DNA of 64,000 nt from Nocardioidaceae bacterium (GCA_030447805.1 JAUJOE010000001.1:8262-72261); one strand, 5' to 3'. Shown: positions 41,629 through 52,924, counted from the first letter of the stretch. Program-made: numbers and translations. The notes: a model not told the origin generated them from the letters alone.

Positions 41629-41675
41629 CGGGCTCTCGCGCCTTCGCTGCGCTCTTTGACGGCGCTTCGAGTCCT
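41629..41675 (+). repeat. intergenic hairpin motif, copy 2
   Basis: CGGGCTCTCGCGCCTTCGCTGCGCTCTTTGACGGCGCTTCGAGTCC, 29 nt after the glnA2 stop. Confidence 0.6.
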
Positions 41676-41728
41676 CGTCGGTCTGTCCCCGGCCTCCGCA
41701 GACGCGCACATTCGGTAGCCTCGATGGG

Positions 41729-42460
41729 GTGAGTGAGCCGCGACTGCTGATCGTCCAGCATGCCGATGACTGTCCACCGGCGTGGTTCGGTGTCTGGTTC
41801 AACGAGGCGGGCGTGGAGTACGACGTCGTGCGGGGTCACCGAGGCGAGCGCATTCCGACCGATCTCGGACCGCACGCCGGTCTGGTGGTGCTCGGCGGTG
41901 AGATGGGCGCCAACGACGACGCCGAGCACCTCTGGCTGACCCCGACGAAGGCGCTGATCGCCACCGTGGTGAGAGCCGGCCAGTGCTTCCTTGGCATCTG
42001 CCTCGGTCACCAGCTGGCGGCAGTGGCGCTGGGCGGCGAAGTGGTCAAGAACCCGCGCGGTCACGCCACCGGGCTCACCCCTGTGGCGCTCACGCCAGCC
42101 GGTCGCAGCGACCCGCTGCTGCAGTCGGTGGGCCCAACGGCGCGGGCCGTGCAGTGGAACCACGACATCGCGTCGCGGCTGCCAGCGGGGGCCGCTGCCC
42201 TGGCCACGGCTCCGGACGGCACCGTCCAGGCCGCCCGCTACGGCGACCGGGCCTGGGGGGTGCAGTTCCACCCGGAGGCTTCGCCTGCGGTCTTCAACGG
42301 CTGGACGGTCGACAAGCGGTCGGCGTACGTGCCGCCCGGACTCCACCTGGCCGACATCGCCAAGACGGTCGCCGACGCGGAGCCCGAGCTGCGGCGGACG
42401 TGGGCCCCGCTGGCGCACCGGTTCGCTGGGCTGGTGCGCGCGCAGCTGCCAGTGTCGTGA
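41729..42460 (+). CDS. class I glutamine amidotransferase-like protein
   Basis: LLIVQHADDCPP, FLGICLGHQLAA (nucleophile Cys), WGVQFHPE. Confidence 0.8.
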   Translation: MSEPRLLIVQHADDCPPAWFGVWFNEAGVEYDVVRGHRGERIPTDLGPHAGLVVLGGEMGANDDAEHLWLTPTKALIATVVRAGQCFLGICLGHQLAAVALGGEVVKNPRGHATGLTPVALTPAGRSDPLLQSVGPTARAVQWNHDIASRLPAGAAALATAPDGTVQAARYGDRAWGVQFHPEASPAVFNGWTVDKRSAYVPPGLHLADIAKTVADAEPELRRTWAPLAHRFAGLVRAQLPVS

Positions 42461-45389
42461 CCGACGGCCGGGTCACGGCGGCTGGTCAGTTTGCTCGTCG
42501 AGGTTTCGCCGACGTCTCCGCGGCCGTTCGCAGCTGGACTGCCCTGTCCTGTCAGACCGAGCATCTCCTCGCGAGCCTGTCTGCTGCCGCCGACCCCGAT
42601 CTGGCCCTGCGGTCGCTGAGCCGGCTGCTCGTCGCGGCGGCAGCCGACGCGCCGGAGCTACGAGCGGTTCTGTGCGACGACCCGGCGGTCGCGCATCGGT
42701 TGTGCCTGGTGCTCGGCGCCAGCAGCGCGCTGGGTGACCACCTGGTCCGGCACCCCGGTGACTGGCGTGAGCTCAGCGGTGACCAACTCAACTCGACCCG
42801 GCCGACGGCAGCTGCGCTCCGCGAGACGCTGACCGGTGCCGTCGACCGGGACGACCTGCGTCGGACCTACCGCCGGCTGCTGCTGGGAGTGGCGGCTCGT
42901 GACCTCGCCCAGCAGCTCGATGTGGGCGACGCAGCCGCAGAGCTAGCCGACCTCGCTGCCGGGGCAGTCGCGGCGGCGCTGAAGCTCGCGGTCGAGGAGG
43001 TCGGGGAACCGGCGCAGCTGTGCCGGTTGAGCGTGATCGGCATGGGCAAATGCGGCGCGCGAGAACTCAACTACGTCAGTGATGTCGACGTCGTCTTCGT
43101 TGCCGAGCCCGTTGCTGACGCCGACGAAACGTCGGCGCTGCGAGCGGCGACCGCGGTAGCCGCCGCGCTGATGCGCATCTGCTCTGACCATACGGCCGAA
43201 GGCACGCTGTGGCCGGTCGACGCCGGATTGCGACCGGAGGGACGGTCCGGCCCGCTGGTCCGGACGGTGAGCAGCCATGCGGCGTACTACGCACGCTGGG
43301 CCAAGACGTGGGAGTTCCAGGCGCTGCTGAAAGCCCGCCCGATCGCCGGCGACGCCGACCTCGGCCGCCGCTACCTGGAGACCATCACCCCGATGGTCTG
43401 GTCAGCTGCGGACCGCCCCGACTTCGTCACCGACGTCCAGGCGATGCGAAGGCGCGTCATGAACCACCTGGCCCACGGAGTGGCTGAGCGGGAAGTGAAA
43501 CTTGGGCCCGGGGGCCTTCGCGACATCGAGTTCGCCGTCCAGTTGCTGCAGCTCGTCCACGGGCGGACCGACGTGTCGCTCCGTGCGGCCGACACCTTGT
43601 CGGCCCTGGCGGCGTTGACCGCGGGCGGGTATGTCGGGCGAGCCGACGGTGCCCGGCTGGCGGAGGCCTACCGGTTCCTGCGGACTCTGGAGCACCGCCT
43701 GCAGCTGCGGCACCTTCGGCGTACACATGTGGTCCCAACCGACCCGGCGGCGCTGCGGTGGCTGGGCCGCTCGCTGGGGTTCAGCTCCGCGCCAGACACC
43801 GAGCTGGTCACCACCTGGCGCCAGCACACCCAGGAGGTGCGACGGCTGCACGAGAAGCTCTTCTACCGTCCGCTGCTGGCGGCGGTGGCCGCCCTTCCGG
43901 GCGACGAAGCCAGGCTGAGCGCCGACGCCGCACGCGACCGGCTGGAGGCGTTGGGCTACGCCGATCCGGCGGCTGCGTTGCGACATCTGGAGGCACTCAC
44001 CACGGGGGTGTCCCGCCGCGCGGCCATTCAGCGCACCCTGCTGCCCGCGCTGCTGGGGTGGTTCGCCGACGCCCCTGATCCCGACGCCGGGCTGCTGGCC
44101 TTCCGTCGGCTCAGCGACGCGCTCGGGACGACGCACTGGTACCTGGGGATGCTGCGCGACGAGGGAGTGGTGGCGCAGCGGCTTGCTGTGCTGCTCGCCA
44201 CCAGCCGGTACGCCGTCGACCTGCTGATGCGGGCGCCCGAGGCGTGCGCCTTGTTGGCGCACGACGCAGACCTGCAGCCCCGCGCAGGCGACGCCTTGGC
44301 CCACGAGATGTGCAGCGGGGCCTTGCGCCATGCCGACCCGGTCAACGCGATCGCCGCTGTTCGCGCCGTACGTCGGCGGGAGCTGTTCAGGATCGCCGCC
44401 GCCGACATCTTCGGACTCCTTGACGTCGAGCAGGTGGGCGAGGCGCTGACGGCGCTGGCCGGCGCGACGCTGGAGGCCGGGTTGCGGGTCGCTCAGCGTG
44501 CGGTCGAGGCGCAACGCGCCGGCGCCGCCGCCACCGATCTGGCGGTGATCGCGATGGGGCGCCTTGGTGGGGGCGAGATGTCGTACGCCAGTGACGCGGA
44601 TGTGCTGTTCGTGCACGCCCCACACCCCGGCGCCGACGAGCAGGAGGCGCAGCAGGCGGCTACGGCGGTCGCCACCGAGTTGCGGCGCCTGCTCGATCTG
44701 CCCGGACCGGACCCGGCGCTCGTCGTTGACGCGGACCTTCGGCCGGAAGGACGGCAAGGGCCGTTGGTGCGCACCCTGGCGTCGTACCAGTCGTACTACG
44801 ACCGGTGGGCGAGCCTGTGGGAGTCACAAGCGCTGCTACGGGCCCGGCCGGTGGCTGGCGACCTCGGGCTCGGCGAGGCGTTCATCGCGCTGATCGACCC
44901 GGTGCGCTATCGCAAGGAAGGGCTGACCGCGGGGAGGTGGTCGAGATCCGACGCATCAAGGCGCGCGTCGACACCGAGCGGCTGCCCCGGGGTGCGGACA
45001 GGGCCACCCACCTCAAGCTGGGCCAAGGCGGCCTTGCCGACGTCGAGTGGACTGTGCAACTGCTGCAACTTCAGCACGCCGGCGCTGACGAGAGGCTGCG
45101 GAGGACCTCCACCCTGCAGGCGCTGACCGCCTGCGCGGAGGCTGGCCTCGTCACCGATGTTGAGGCAGCCGCGCTCGCTGCGTCGTGGCGGTTCGCCAGC
45201 CGGATCAGGGACGCGTCGATGCTGGTGCGGGGACGACCATCTGATTCGCTGCCTGCCGGGTCGCGGGACCGGCGGGGGGTGGCGTTCCTGTGCGGCTATC
45301 GCAGTGACGAGACAGAGCGGCTCGTCGACGACTACCGCCGAACCGCGCGCCGGGCGAGCGCTGTCGTGCAGAAGAGGTTCTGGTCCTAG
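42457..45389 (+). CDS. glnE: bifunctional glutamine synthetase adenylyltransferase/deadenylase, one frame change near 44931
   Basis: GTG 42457 overlaps the upstream stop. ORF 41983..45126 is read from that point, then ORF 44805..45389. Duplicated nucleotidyltransferase motifs GKCGARELNYVSDVDVVFV and GRLGGGEMSYASDADVLFV. Confidence 0.9.
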
Positions 45390-45426
45390 CGCTGGGTGAA
45401 ACCAGGTTGTCGCGCCCACCAACGAC

Positions 45427-45720
45427 TCAACAGGGGCTGACCAGCGGAGCGCCGTGCAGGATGTGCTCCCGCTCGCGGGCCGTGAGACCACCCCACACGC
45501 CGTACGGCTCTTGGACCAACAGTGCGTGCTCGCGGCACTGGCGGAGCACCGGGCATCGCTCGCAGTACTGCTTGGCCTGCATTTCCCGGTGGTGACGGAT
45601 GGGGCCGCGCTCGGAGTCGGGCGGAAAGAAGACTTCTGGGTCGACGCTGCGGCAGATTCCGTCGTACTGCCATTCCCAGTGTTTGACGACCGGCATCGGC
45701 AGCCGAGTCAAGTTGGCCAT
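45427..45720 (-). CDS. WhiB-family transcriptional regulator
   Basis: ORF trimmed to ATG 45720. Four Cys (C-x-C-xx-C pattern: GICRSVDPEVFFP...QYCERCPVLRQC) and GVWGG. Confidence 0.85.
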   Translation of the reverse strand: MANLTRLPMPVVKHWEWQYDGICRSVDPEVFFPPDSERGPIRHHREMQAKQYCERCPVLRQCREHALLVQEPYGVWGGLTAREREHILHGAPLVSPC

Positions 45721-45969
45721 CTGGCGCCCCTTCACGATCAACCAAACGTCGACGACCAATTTCCAGTGAAGCGTCGGCTGCGCCGGCTGAGCAGAATCTC
45801 CTAGTATGTGCCGCGACTCGGGACTTTACGAGCAGTCAGCGACGAAGTCGATACTTTGTGCTGCATTGGTCCCTCGCCGTTACATAGTTGTTGTCAACGC
45901 TGGGCCGCGGCTGCCCCCGCTCGTCGTGCACGGGTTACCACAACCGCCGCCGCGGGCAACCGTTCAGCG

Positions 45970-46596
45970 TTAATCACTAATGGGTCGGGGGTCAGTGGCG
46001 ATGACCACCACATTGCTGAGGTAGGTCTCACCGTTCCAGTCTTCACAGGTGACAATGGCCACTCGGCTCGGACCGGATTGCGCAAACAGTCGACCCGCTC
46101 GGTGGGCTAGCTCAGACTTGAGGTACGTCTGCACCGATGCCACCACATAGCTGAGAGGTTTGCCCGAGCGCTCAACGATGACCTGATCACCGGCCTGCAG
46201 GTGTTCGAGGTCGTCCAGTGCTCCACCTCCGGTGGCGACCGTGTGGCCGGCCAGGATGGCGGTGCCGTGCTGTGCGCCGGGCCGCCGCCCGGAGCCCCAC
46301 CAGCCGACGGTTGTGTAGTCGCTTGGCGGAACCAGCGTGTTACTGCGGTTGGTGCCAATCTGGGTGACCGGCGCCTCGACCCCGAGGGAGGGGAGCCGTA
46401 GCTTCGTCGGCACACCCGGCCGGACCGACGTGACCCGGGTCTCGGGCGTTGACTGGGCTGCGGACTCCTCGCCTGATCCAGCGGTCCACCCGTGGATCGA
46501 GACCCCCGTGATAGTGATGCAGGCCGAGACCGCGATCCAGCGAAGTGGTGACCCGATCACACCTGCCCGTGAGACCGCCGACGCGCTAGGCCCCAC
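45970..46596 (-). CDS. sortase (class E/F-like)
   Basis: N-terminal TM, AILAGHTV, catalytic VAIVTCEDW. Start uncertain (overlaps the upstream gene by 40 nt). Confidence 0.8.
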   Translation of the reverse strand: MGPSASAVSRAGVIGSPLRWIAVSACITITGVSIHGWTAGSGEESAAQSTPETRVTSVRPGVPTKLRLPSLGVEAPVTQIGTNRSNTLVPPSDYTTVGWWGSGRRPGAQHGTAILAGHTVATGGGALDDLEHLQAGDQVIVERSGKPLSYVVASVQTYLKSELAHRAGRLFAQSGPSRVAIVTCEDWNGETYLSNVVVIATDPRPISD

Positions 46597-47231
46597 ATGA
46601 GCGCCAGTAGTAAACCAGCGCCCGCCACGACCTCAGCCAAGATGATGCGCGACGGCGGGGCGGAGGTAGACCCGGTGCTGGCTTCGTTCGTGGGGGCTTC
46701 ACCCGCTACGCCGCCCACGACCGCCGTCGGCGGCGACGTCGTGGCCGTTGCCTCGCACATCACGTAGTAGGTCTTTTGTTTGGTGTCTGCCCCCAAGGAG
46801 CGGGGAGCCTGGACGGTCAACTTCACGTGGTAGCCCCGTTGCGGTTGTGGAGCGCCGGTGAACGACAATGTGTAAGTCTGTTGAGCGTCGACGTCGGTAC
46901 CGCCGCCGGCGGAATCCTCACCGATGAAGGGACGGGTGTCGCCGTCTACTGTGAGGCTGTAACCGGCGCCACTGGTAGGTGGCCGCAGCTCGAACGTAAC
47001 GTCGGCGAAGTAGTCGCCCTCGTCGTAGTTGAAGAAGTCGATCTGGAACGTGCAGCCTGTATGGGGCTCATTGCCTGGGGTGGAATCGAACGGGATCTGG
47101 TCCACCTTGATGACGCCGTTGTTGCCGGCCGGGTCGTCCTCGTGATCTGCCAGTGCTGGCCCGGTCGACAGACCAGCGAAAGCGAAAGTCAGACCACAAG
47201 TCGCCGCGACAATTCTCGATGCAGTGGCCAC
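46557..47231 (-). CDS. secreted surface protein with C-terminal TM segment and basic tail (putative sortase substrate)
   Basis: GGAGG then GTG 47231. Signal peptide VATASRIVAATCGLTFAFAGLSTGPALA. C-terminus ...PSRIILAEVVAGAGLLLALMWGLARRRSHGQV. Confidence 0.6.
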   Translation of the reverse strand: MATASRIVAATCGLTFAFAGLSTGPALADHEDDPAGNNGVIKVDQIPFDSTPGNEPHTGCTFQIDFFNYDEGDYFADVTFELRPPTSGAGYSLTVDGDTRPFIGEDSAGGGTDVDAQQTYTLSFTGAPQPQRGYHVKLTVQAPRSLGADTKQKTYYVMCEATATTSPPTAVVGGVAGEAPTNEASTGSTSAPPSRIILAEVVAGAGLLLALMWGLARRRSHGQV

Positions 47232-47476
47232 GATGTGCCTCCATCGCAGGTGACATCCCTTTTCCGGGATGCCGGGGAAGTTTGTCCCAAGGTAGGGGCA
47301 GTCCAGGCCAGTCGACCGTCCAACACGCCGCAGTCGTATCTCTTCTTCTGTTTGACTGCTTCCTCCACGGGTCAAGGCAATGCGATTATTCGGGGATCAT
47401 CGCATCAGGATGCGCCATGAGCGACACTGAGACCGCGACCTGAGCGACGGGGTATTAGCTATGTCTTGCTGCCTTG

Positions 47477-47878
47477 ATGGCATTCGTGCTGTTGAAGTTG
47501 TCGGTGCTGCTGTTCGAGAAGGAGTGGGATCTTGCGAAGGCTCCGTGGGTGCCGCTGGTTGCACGCCTTACGCTACGCAGCATGAACATGAGTGCTGAGG
47601 CGCGCGTCATCGCCTCCTTCACCTTCATCGTTGCGCTGCTGTTCGGCGCATGGGGTGCGCTCGACCACCTGATCGCCGGGCCGCCCTCCTTTCTGCTGCC
47701 CGAGCCGGAACCTGGCCGTTTCGGCATCGCGCTGTTGCCGTTCGCGGCGACCGCGGTGGCATTCCAGGCGACGAACGCAGCGGAGGCCGCGTGGGCGCGG
47801 GTGCTTGGCAGTGCCGCCGTGATGCTCGGCGTCCTCAGCAGCCTTGGCGGCGTGCTCTACTTCCTCGCGAGCTTGTGA
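47477..47878 (+). CDS. hypothetical membrane protein
   Basis: Several hydrophobic segments; no recognisable family. Confidence 0.4.
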   Translation: MAFVLLKLSVLLFEKEWDLAKAPWVPLVARLTLRSMNMSAEARVIASFTFIVALLFGAWGALDHLIAGPPSFLLPEPEPGRFGIALLPFAATAVAFQATNAAEAAWARVLGSAAVMLGVLSSLGGVLYFLASL

Positions 47879-47913
47879 TACCTGCGTCAACGACACTGAG
47901 CTGACGCAGGTAT
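47878..47913. terminator. 12-bp perfect-stem hairpin after the membrane-protein gene
   Basis: ATACCTGCGTCA-12 nt-TGACGCAGGTAT, with a T-run (CTTTTT) shortly after. Confidence 0.5.
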
Positions 47914-48246
47914 CGAACAGGCTTTTTCGTCCCTCGCTCGCCGTCGGCGAACCTCGCTCGCGGTGATGATCGCGGTGCCGAGGCGGGCTATCGCGTCAGG
48001 AGCGCAAGAAGATGATGGCGGCTGCGTCTGCTGGGCGTTTCTTGGCGATCTGTGCCTCGACAGCAACACGACGAAAGCGACGACGGAGCGTACGAGCGCG
48101 ATGTTCATGCCCGAGGATTGTATCTCGCGGCTCGGCCCGTTTCTAACGCTTTACGGATCCGTAGGGAGGTACTTCGCGCGGTAGATGATCTCTGGAACAG
48201 CGCTGAGACCCAGTCGCGTGCCCAGCAACCACCTGCGTCTGCGGGT

Positions 48247-49736
48247 TCAGCCGTCTGCGAAGAAGCGGACGTTTCCGCTTCCCAACCCAGCGATCTTGAA
48301 CAGGCTGAGACCCAGTTGCGAAGCGTGCTCGTTGCTGTGGACGCGACCGTTGTACCAGTACGCCGACCACATGTCGGGGTTCTCGCCCTCCACCTGGGGA
48401 AGGTAGTAGGCGTACTCTTTCGGGTTGGTCAGGTCGGTGAAGTCCACCGCAGCCAGGCCGCCTGAGTAGTAGGCCGACACCGCGATGTAACGGGACCGGT
48501 CCCTGGTGGGCAGGACGTTCCAGTTGTGGGTGGTGCACCGGAAGCGCTCAAGCTCCTCTAGGCTGTTGGCCGGTGGCACCCGAGGCAGCGAGAAGTGACC
48601 CTTGAGCTCGGGGTGGCGCGGCCGGGACATGTCGTAGTACCACATCGCGCCCACCTGGCTGTCGGAGTCCGGTGAGCAGCCACCGCCACCGGCGGCTCCG
48701 GCGTGCTCGTCGCTGACGATGGCGACCTTCCCGTCCCACGTCAGGCCGCCCGAGTGGTCAAGCTCCATGAACGGGTTCTGTACGACCGAGAGCACGCGGG
48801 GTTGGCCGGGCGCTCGATGTTGAGGATCGCGAAGGCCCCCAGGCAGGCGGCCACCGCCAAGTCGCGCTTGTTGGAGCGGATCAGCACCCCGGTGTCGTGG
48901 CATCCGACGGCGTCGGTCGCGGTCGGCGGGATGACGTCGGGAGTGCTGACGATCCGCGCCCGCGTGGGGTCGGCGGTCGGGAACCGCAGGACGGAGAACT
49001 CCCCTCCGGGTGGTTGGCGTCGTTGCAACTGGCCGTCTGTACGATCGGGTAGGAGTCGACGTACATAAATGTCGTGTCGCCCTTGGGGATGAGCGTGTGG
49101 GTGTGAGAACCGCACTCGGTCTCCACGAACGCCACCTGCCGGGGGTTTCGAACGTCGGAGATGTCGACGATCCGGATGCCCTCCTTGCCCAGCGAGCTGT
49201 CGCTGGAGTTGGTAGCGGTGTTGTTGCAGACATCGGTCTGCTTGTTGTTGGAGCCGGGTGAGTCGATCGACACGAAGACGTAGTCACCGATGACTGAGAC
49301 ATCCCCTGGGCCCCGGGGCAGTCGTAGAACGAGACTTGCTTCAGCCCATTTCCACCGTCCACCCGCCTGAAGAAGCCCACCCCTTCGTAGGTCCCGGCGA
49401 CCACCAGCCGACCCTGAAAGGCAAGGTCACTGCCCTTGGCGTGGCTGCTGTGCGGTCGTGATCGGCTCTTGGTCGACGAGCGTTCTGTGAGTGAAGGTCC
49501 CCTTCGGCGTCGGTCCCAGCGAGCAGCAGCGAAAGCCTGAAGGCAAGCTGACTCCCGACGGCGGCGATTGTCTGCTCGGCCCCCAACGGCACAGCTTTCG
49601 CCGGGGGGACGTCCTCGTCGTGGCCCAGCGCCGGACCCGAAGCGAGCAAACCGAAAGAGAGCGCGAGCACACTCAGGAGGGTGAGATTGGTGCGGCGGGC
49701 CTTGGCCGCGCGGATGATGGAGGAAGGTCGGTGCAT
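48247..49736 (-). pseudogene. secreted LVIVD-repeat (beta-propeller) protein, at least 4 frame changes
   Basis: Signal peptide from ATG 49736 (MHRPSSIIRAAKARRTNLTLLSVLALSFGLLASGPALG). Fragments lie in ORFs 49341..49874, 48881..49273 (GIRIVDISDVRNPRQV), 48741..49115 and 48247..49404 (GLAAVDFTDLTNPKE). Confidence 0.6.
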
Positions 49737-50149
49737 GCGATGCTCACCTCGTGAGTTCCCGGTTGGAGGGGTCTGCAGGCCCGGCGGTGGCGCATCCTGA
49801 CCAGAGACAACTGGACAGCAGCATAAGTCACCACCGCCCCGCGGTCCATCACCGATTCCAGGGGTACGAGACAAGCATCGTCCGGCGCCGGCCGTCGGCT
49901 CGTGTGAAGTTCCCGCTGGGCAAATGATGAGCGCCGACTTGCTGCTGTTTTCACCGAACGCATCGCTTTTTGGGTCTGTGAGGCCTCGGGTCGTTGTTCA
50001 CCAGGAAGTCGACGCGGCCCGGCGGGGAGGTTCACGGTGTCCCACTCTGAGGGCCGCTGCGCGGACTCCAGACCAAGCTGGCTTGATTCGAGGCCGGACG
50101 AGAAGTTCGACGGCCTGCTCACATCTGCGACGGTCTGAGGGCGCGGTTC

Positions 50150-50413
50150 TTCCTTGTTGGTGAAGTTCGCGCTTGATGCCGGCGTCGTCGATGATCCGAC
50201 GGTCCGTAGGTGCTGAAGTCGACAAGCAGGTCGACGTCGCTGGCTGTCGCGATCGTCGCCCCGTGCGGCGCTGCCGAAGATCTCTGGGTTCAGGTCGCGT
50301 GACGCTGCGTGGGGGCGCATGCGCCCTCGAGCAGCTCGCCTCGGGCGGGCGGCCACACGGTTGCCAGTGGGGCCGCTGAACGGCTTCCGGGCAGGCGCTG
50401 CGATATCGGTCAT
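50150..50413 (-). pseudogene. MNT-type nucleotidyltransferase remnant, frameshifted
   Basis: ATG 50413. FGSAARGDDRDS in one frame is immediately followed by SDVDLLVDF in another (one extra C between them). Confidence 0.4.
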
Positions 50414-50952
50414 GACGCCTCCATCGTATCGGCGACCCGACACGTCGCTTTGGTCGTAGTGCCGACGAAGGCATCAACAGGTCCCGATGCCAGGGTTTTG
50501 GCCACCTCCGCCAGCGACACCGAGACCGGCCGTACGTCGGCGACTGGGCCAGGACCCGAGCCAGCGAATCAAGTGACAGATTCCCAGCGAGGTTCTTCAG
50601 CATGCTGAGGTTGCGACGGCGTCCCTGACATCGGCGCGATCCGACGTCAACTCCAAGGGCTGGAGTACGCGGTGACAGGTGGTGTTCTCGAGATCGTCCG
50701 TGACGTCATGAAGAGACGGGCGCATTACCCCTCAAGACTTCAAGCTGATCGATCTCTACCGGAATGCCGGTCGATTCGCGCCCGGTACAAGCTGGAACGG
50801 ATCTCCTGCGGAATCCCTGCGGAATCCGGCCGATTTCAGTCCAACGGAAAGGACCCCTGAGCCTGCAAACATGCGCAGGTCAGGGCCGGTGCCGGGGTGT
50901 GGTCAGGATCATTGAGGTACGTTCGGCCGTGCCCTTTGGGTTTGCGACGACG

Positions 50953-52377
50953 TCAGATGTCGTAGTAGAGCTCGAACTCGTGTGGATGCGGGCGCAAGGA
51001 GATCGGAAGCACCTCGTTTTGGCGCTTGTAGTCGATCCAGGTCTCGATCAGGTCGGGTGTGAAGACGCCGCCCTCGAGCAGAAAGTCGTGGTCGGCCTCT
51101 AGGGTGTCGAGCACCTCGGTCAGCGTCGCTGGCACCGTCTGTACGTCGGCGTGCTCGTCTGGCGGCAGCTCGTAGAGGTCCTTGTCGATCGGCTGTGGCG
51201 GCTCGATCTTGTTCTTGATGCCGTCGATGCCGGCCAGCAACATCGCGGAGAATGCCAGATAGGGGTTGGCGGAAGGGTCCGGGCAGCGGAACTCGATGCG
51301 CTTGGCCTTGGGGCTGGCGCCGGTGATCGGGATGCGGATGCACGCTGACCGGTTGCGCTGGCTGTAGACCAGGTTGACCGGCGCCTCGAAGCCAGGCACG
51401 AGCCGGTGGTAGGAGTTCACGGTGGGGTTGGTGAAGGCGAGCAGAGAGGGGGCGTGCGCCAGCAGCCCGCCGATGTAGTACCGCGCGGTGTCGGACAGGC
51501 CGGCGTACCCCGCCTCGTCGTAGAACAGCGGCTCACCGTCGGCCCACAGCGACTGGTGGCAGTGCATGCCGGAGCCGTTGTCGCCGAAGATCGGCTTCGG
51601 CATGAACGTTGCCGTCTTGCCGTTGCGCCAGGCGACGTTCTTGACGATGTACTTGAACTTCATCACGTTGTCGGCGGAGGTCATCAGGTCGCTGAACCGG
51701 AAGTTGATCTCGGCCTGACCGGCCGTGCCGACCTCGTGGTGCTGCCGCTCGACCAGCAGCCCGGCCGCTTCCAGCTCGCGGGAGATCTCCGCCCGCAGGT
51801 CGGCGAAGTGGTCGACGGGCGGCACCGGGAAGTAGCCACCCTTGTACTTCACCTTGTAGCCGCGGTTGCCTCCAACCTCCTCGCGACCGGTGTTCCACGC
51901 GCCCGCGACGGAGTCGATGGAGTAGAAGCCGGTGTTCTGCTTGGTCTCGAAACGCACGTCGTCGAAGACGTAGAACTCCGCCTCCGGCGCGAAGTAGGCG
52001 GTGTCTCCGATGCCGGTGCTCTTGAGGAAGGTCTGCGCCTTGCGGGCGATGTTGCGCGGGTCGCGGCTGTAGGCCTCACCGGTGAGCGGGTCGTGGATGA
52101 AGAAGTTCACCACCAGCGTCTTGTCGGCCCGGAACGCGTCGAGGTACGCCGTGGTCGGGTCGGGGAACAGCGCCATGTCTGACTCGTGGATCGCCTGGAA
52201 GCCGCGGATCGACGAGCCGTCGAAGTTGAGGCCCTCCTCGAAGACGGGCGGCCCGAAAGACGACACCGGCACGGTGAAGTGCTGCATGACCCCGGGCAGG
52301 TCGCAGAACCGGACGTCGACGAACTCCACGCCCTCGTCTTGGATGAACTTCAGCAACTCGTCGCGGTCGGCGAACAT
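50953..52377 (-). CDS. glnA: glutamine synthetase type I
   Basis: ORF 50953..52686 trimmed to ATG 52377 ([29 protein letters not shown]). 474 aa, uninterrupted. The adenylylation-site region NLYELPP-like DLYELPPDE is present. Confidence 0.95.
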   Translation of the reverse strand: MFADRDELLKFIQDEGVEFVDVRFCDLPGVMQHFTVPVSSFGPPVFEEGLNFDGSSIRGFQAIHESDMALFPDPTTAYLDAFRADKTLVVNFFIHDPLTGEAYSRDPRNIARKAQTFLKSTGIGDTAYFAPEAEFYVFDDVRFETKQNTGFYSIDSVAGAWNTGREEVGGNRGYKVKYKGGYFPVPPVDHFADLRAEISRELEAAGLLVERQHHEVGTAGQAEINFRFSDLMTSADNVMKFKYIVKNVAWRNGKTATFMPKPIFGDNGSGMHCHQSLWADGEPLFYDEAGYAGLSDTARYYIGGLLAHAPSLLAFTNPTVNSYHRLVPGFEAPVNLVYSQRNRSACIRIPITGASPKAKRIEFRCPDPSANPYLAFSAMLLAGIDGIKNKIEPPQPIDKDLYELPPDEHADVQTVPATLTEVLDTLEADHDFLLEGGVFTPDLIETWIDYKRQNEVLPISLRPHPHEFELYYDI

Positions 52378-52446
52378 CGATCCTCCTTCGGTGCTGGCGG
52401 CGTCGGAAGAGCCGCCGAGCTGGTCGATACACGCTATGGATCGGCG

Positions 52447-52484
52447 GTTTCCCCGCCATGTCTGACGTGTTTCCTGCGTGTTAC
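52447..52484 (-). promoter_or_regulatory. double GlnR box upstream of glnA
   Basis: Minus strand reads GTAAC-ACGCAG-GAAAC-ACGTCA-GACAT-GGCGGG-GAAAC, i.e. an a-n6-b-n6-a-n6-b layout, 70 nt upstream of the glnA ATG. Confidence 0.55.
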
Positions 52485-52494
52485 GTTGCGGCGC

Positions 52495-52918
52495 GTGGAG
52501 CCAGGGCCGGACGAGCAGGGCTATCCCGGCCAGCGCCTCGGCCTGCCCGAGTCGGGTCCGGGAGCAGTGGCGAGCTGGGGACGCCGGGTCCTCGCACTGG
52601 GCATCGATTGGCTGTTGTCGCTGCTTGCGTCCAGCGCCTTCTCGGCCAGGGCGTGTGGACCGCGCCAGGCGGCGGGCAATGGGCACCGTTGGCCGTTTTC
52701 GCGCTGGAGACCTGGGTGCTCACGACGTTCCTGGGGGCTCGGCGGGTCAGTTGATCTGCCGCGTCACCGTACGGCGTACGTCTGGACGACCGCTCGACCT
52801 GCTCAGGGCGCTGATCCGCACCGCGCTGATCTGCGCGGTGATCCCGCCGATCGTCTACAACCGCGACCGGCAGGGCTTGCACGACCTCGCCGTGGACTCC
52901 ATCGTGCTCCAGCGGTGA
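52495..52918 (+). CDS. RDD-family membrane protein, two frame changes
   Basis: [33 protein letters not shown] (frame of 52186..53058), then [19 protein letters not shown] (52458..52754), then [11 protein letters not shown]...[16 protein letters not shown] (52478..52918). Confidence 0.6.
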
Positions 52919-52924
52919 CGTGGG

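Noticed and set aside
41983-42456. N-terminal 158 codons of the 1047-aa glnE ORF
   Set aside because: This part overlaps the glutamine amidotransferase gene in another frame. GlnE-like sequence begins at GTG 42457.
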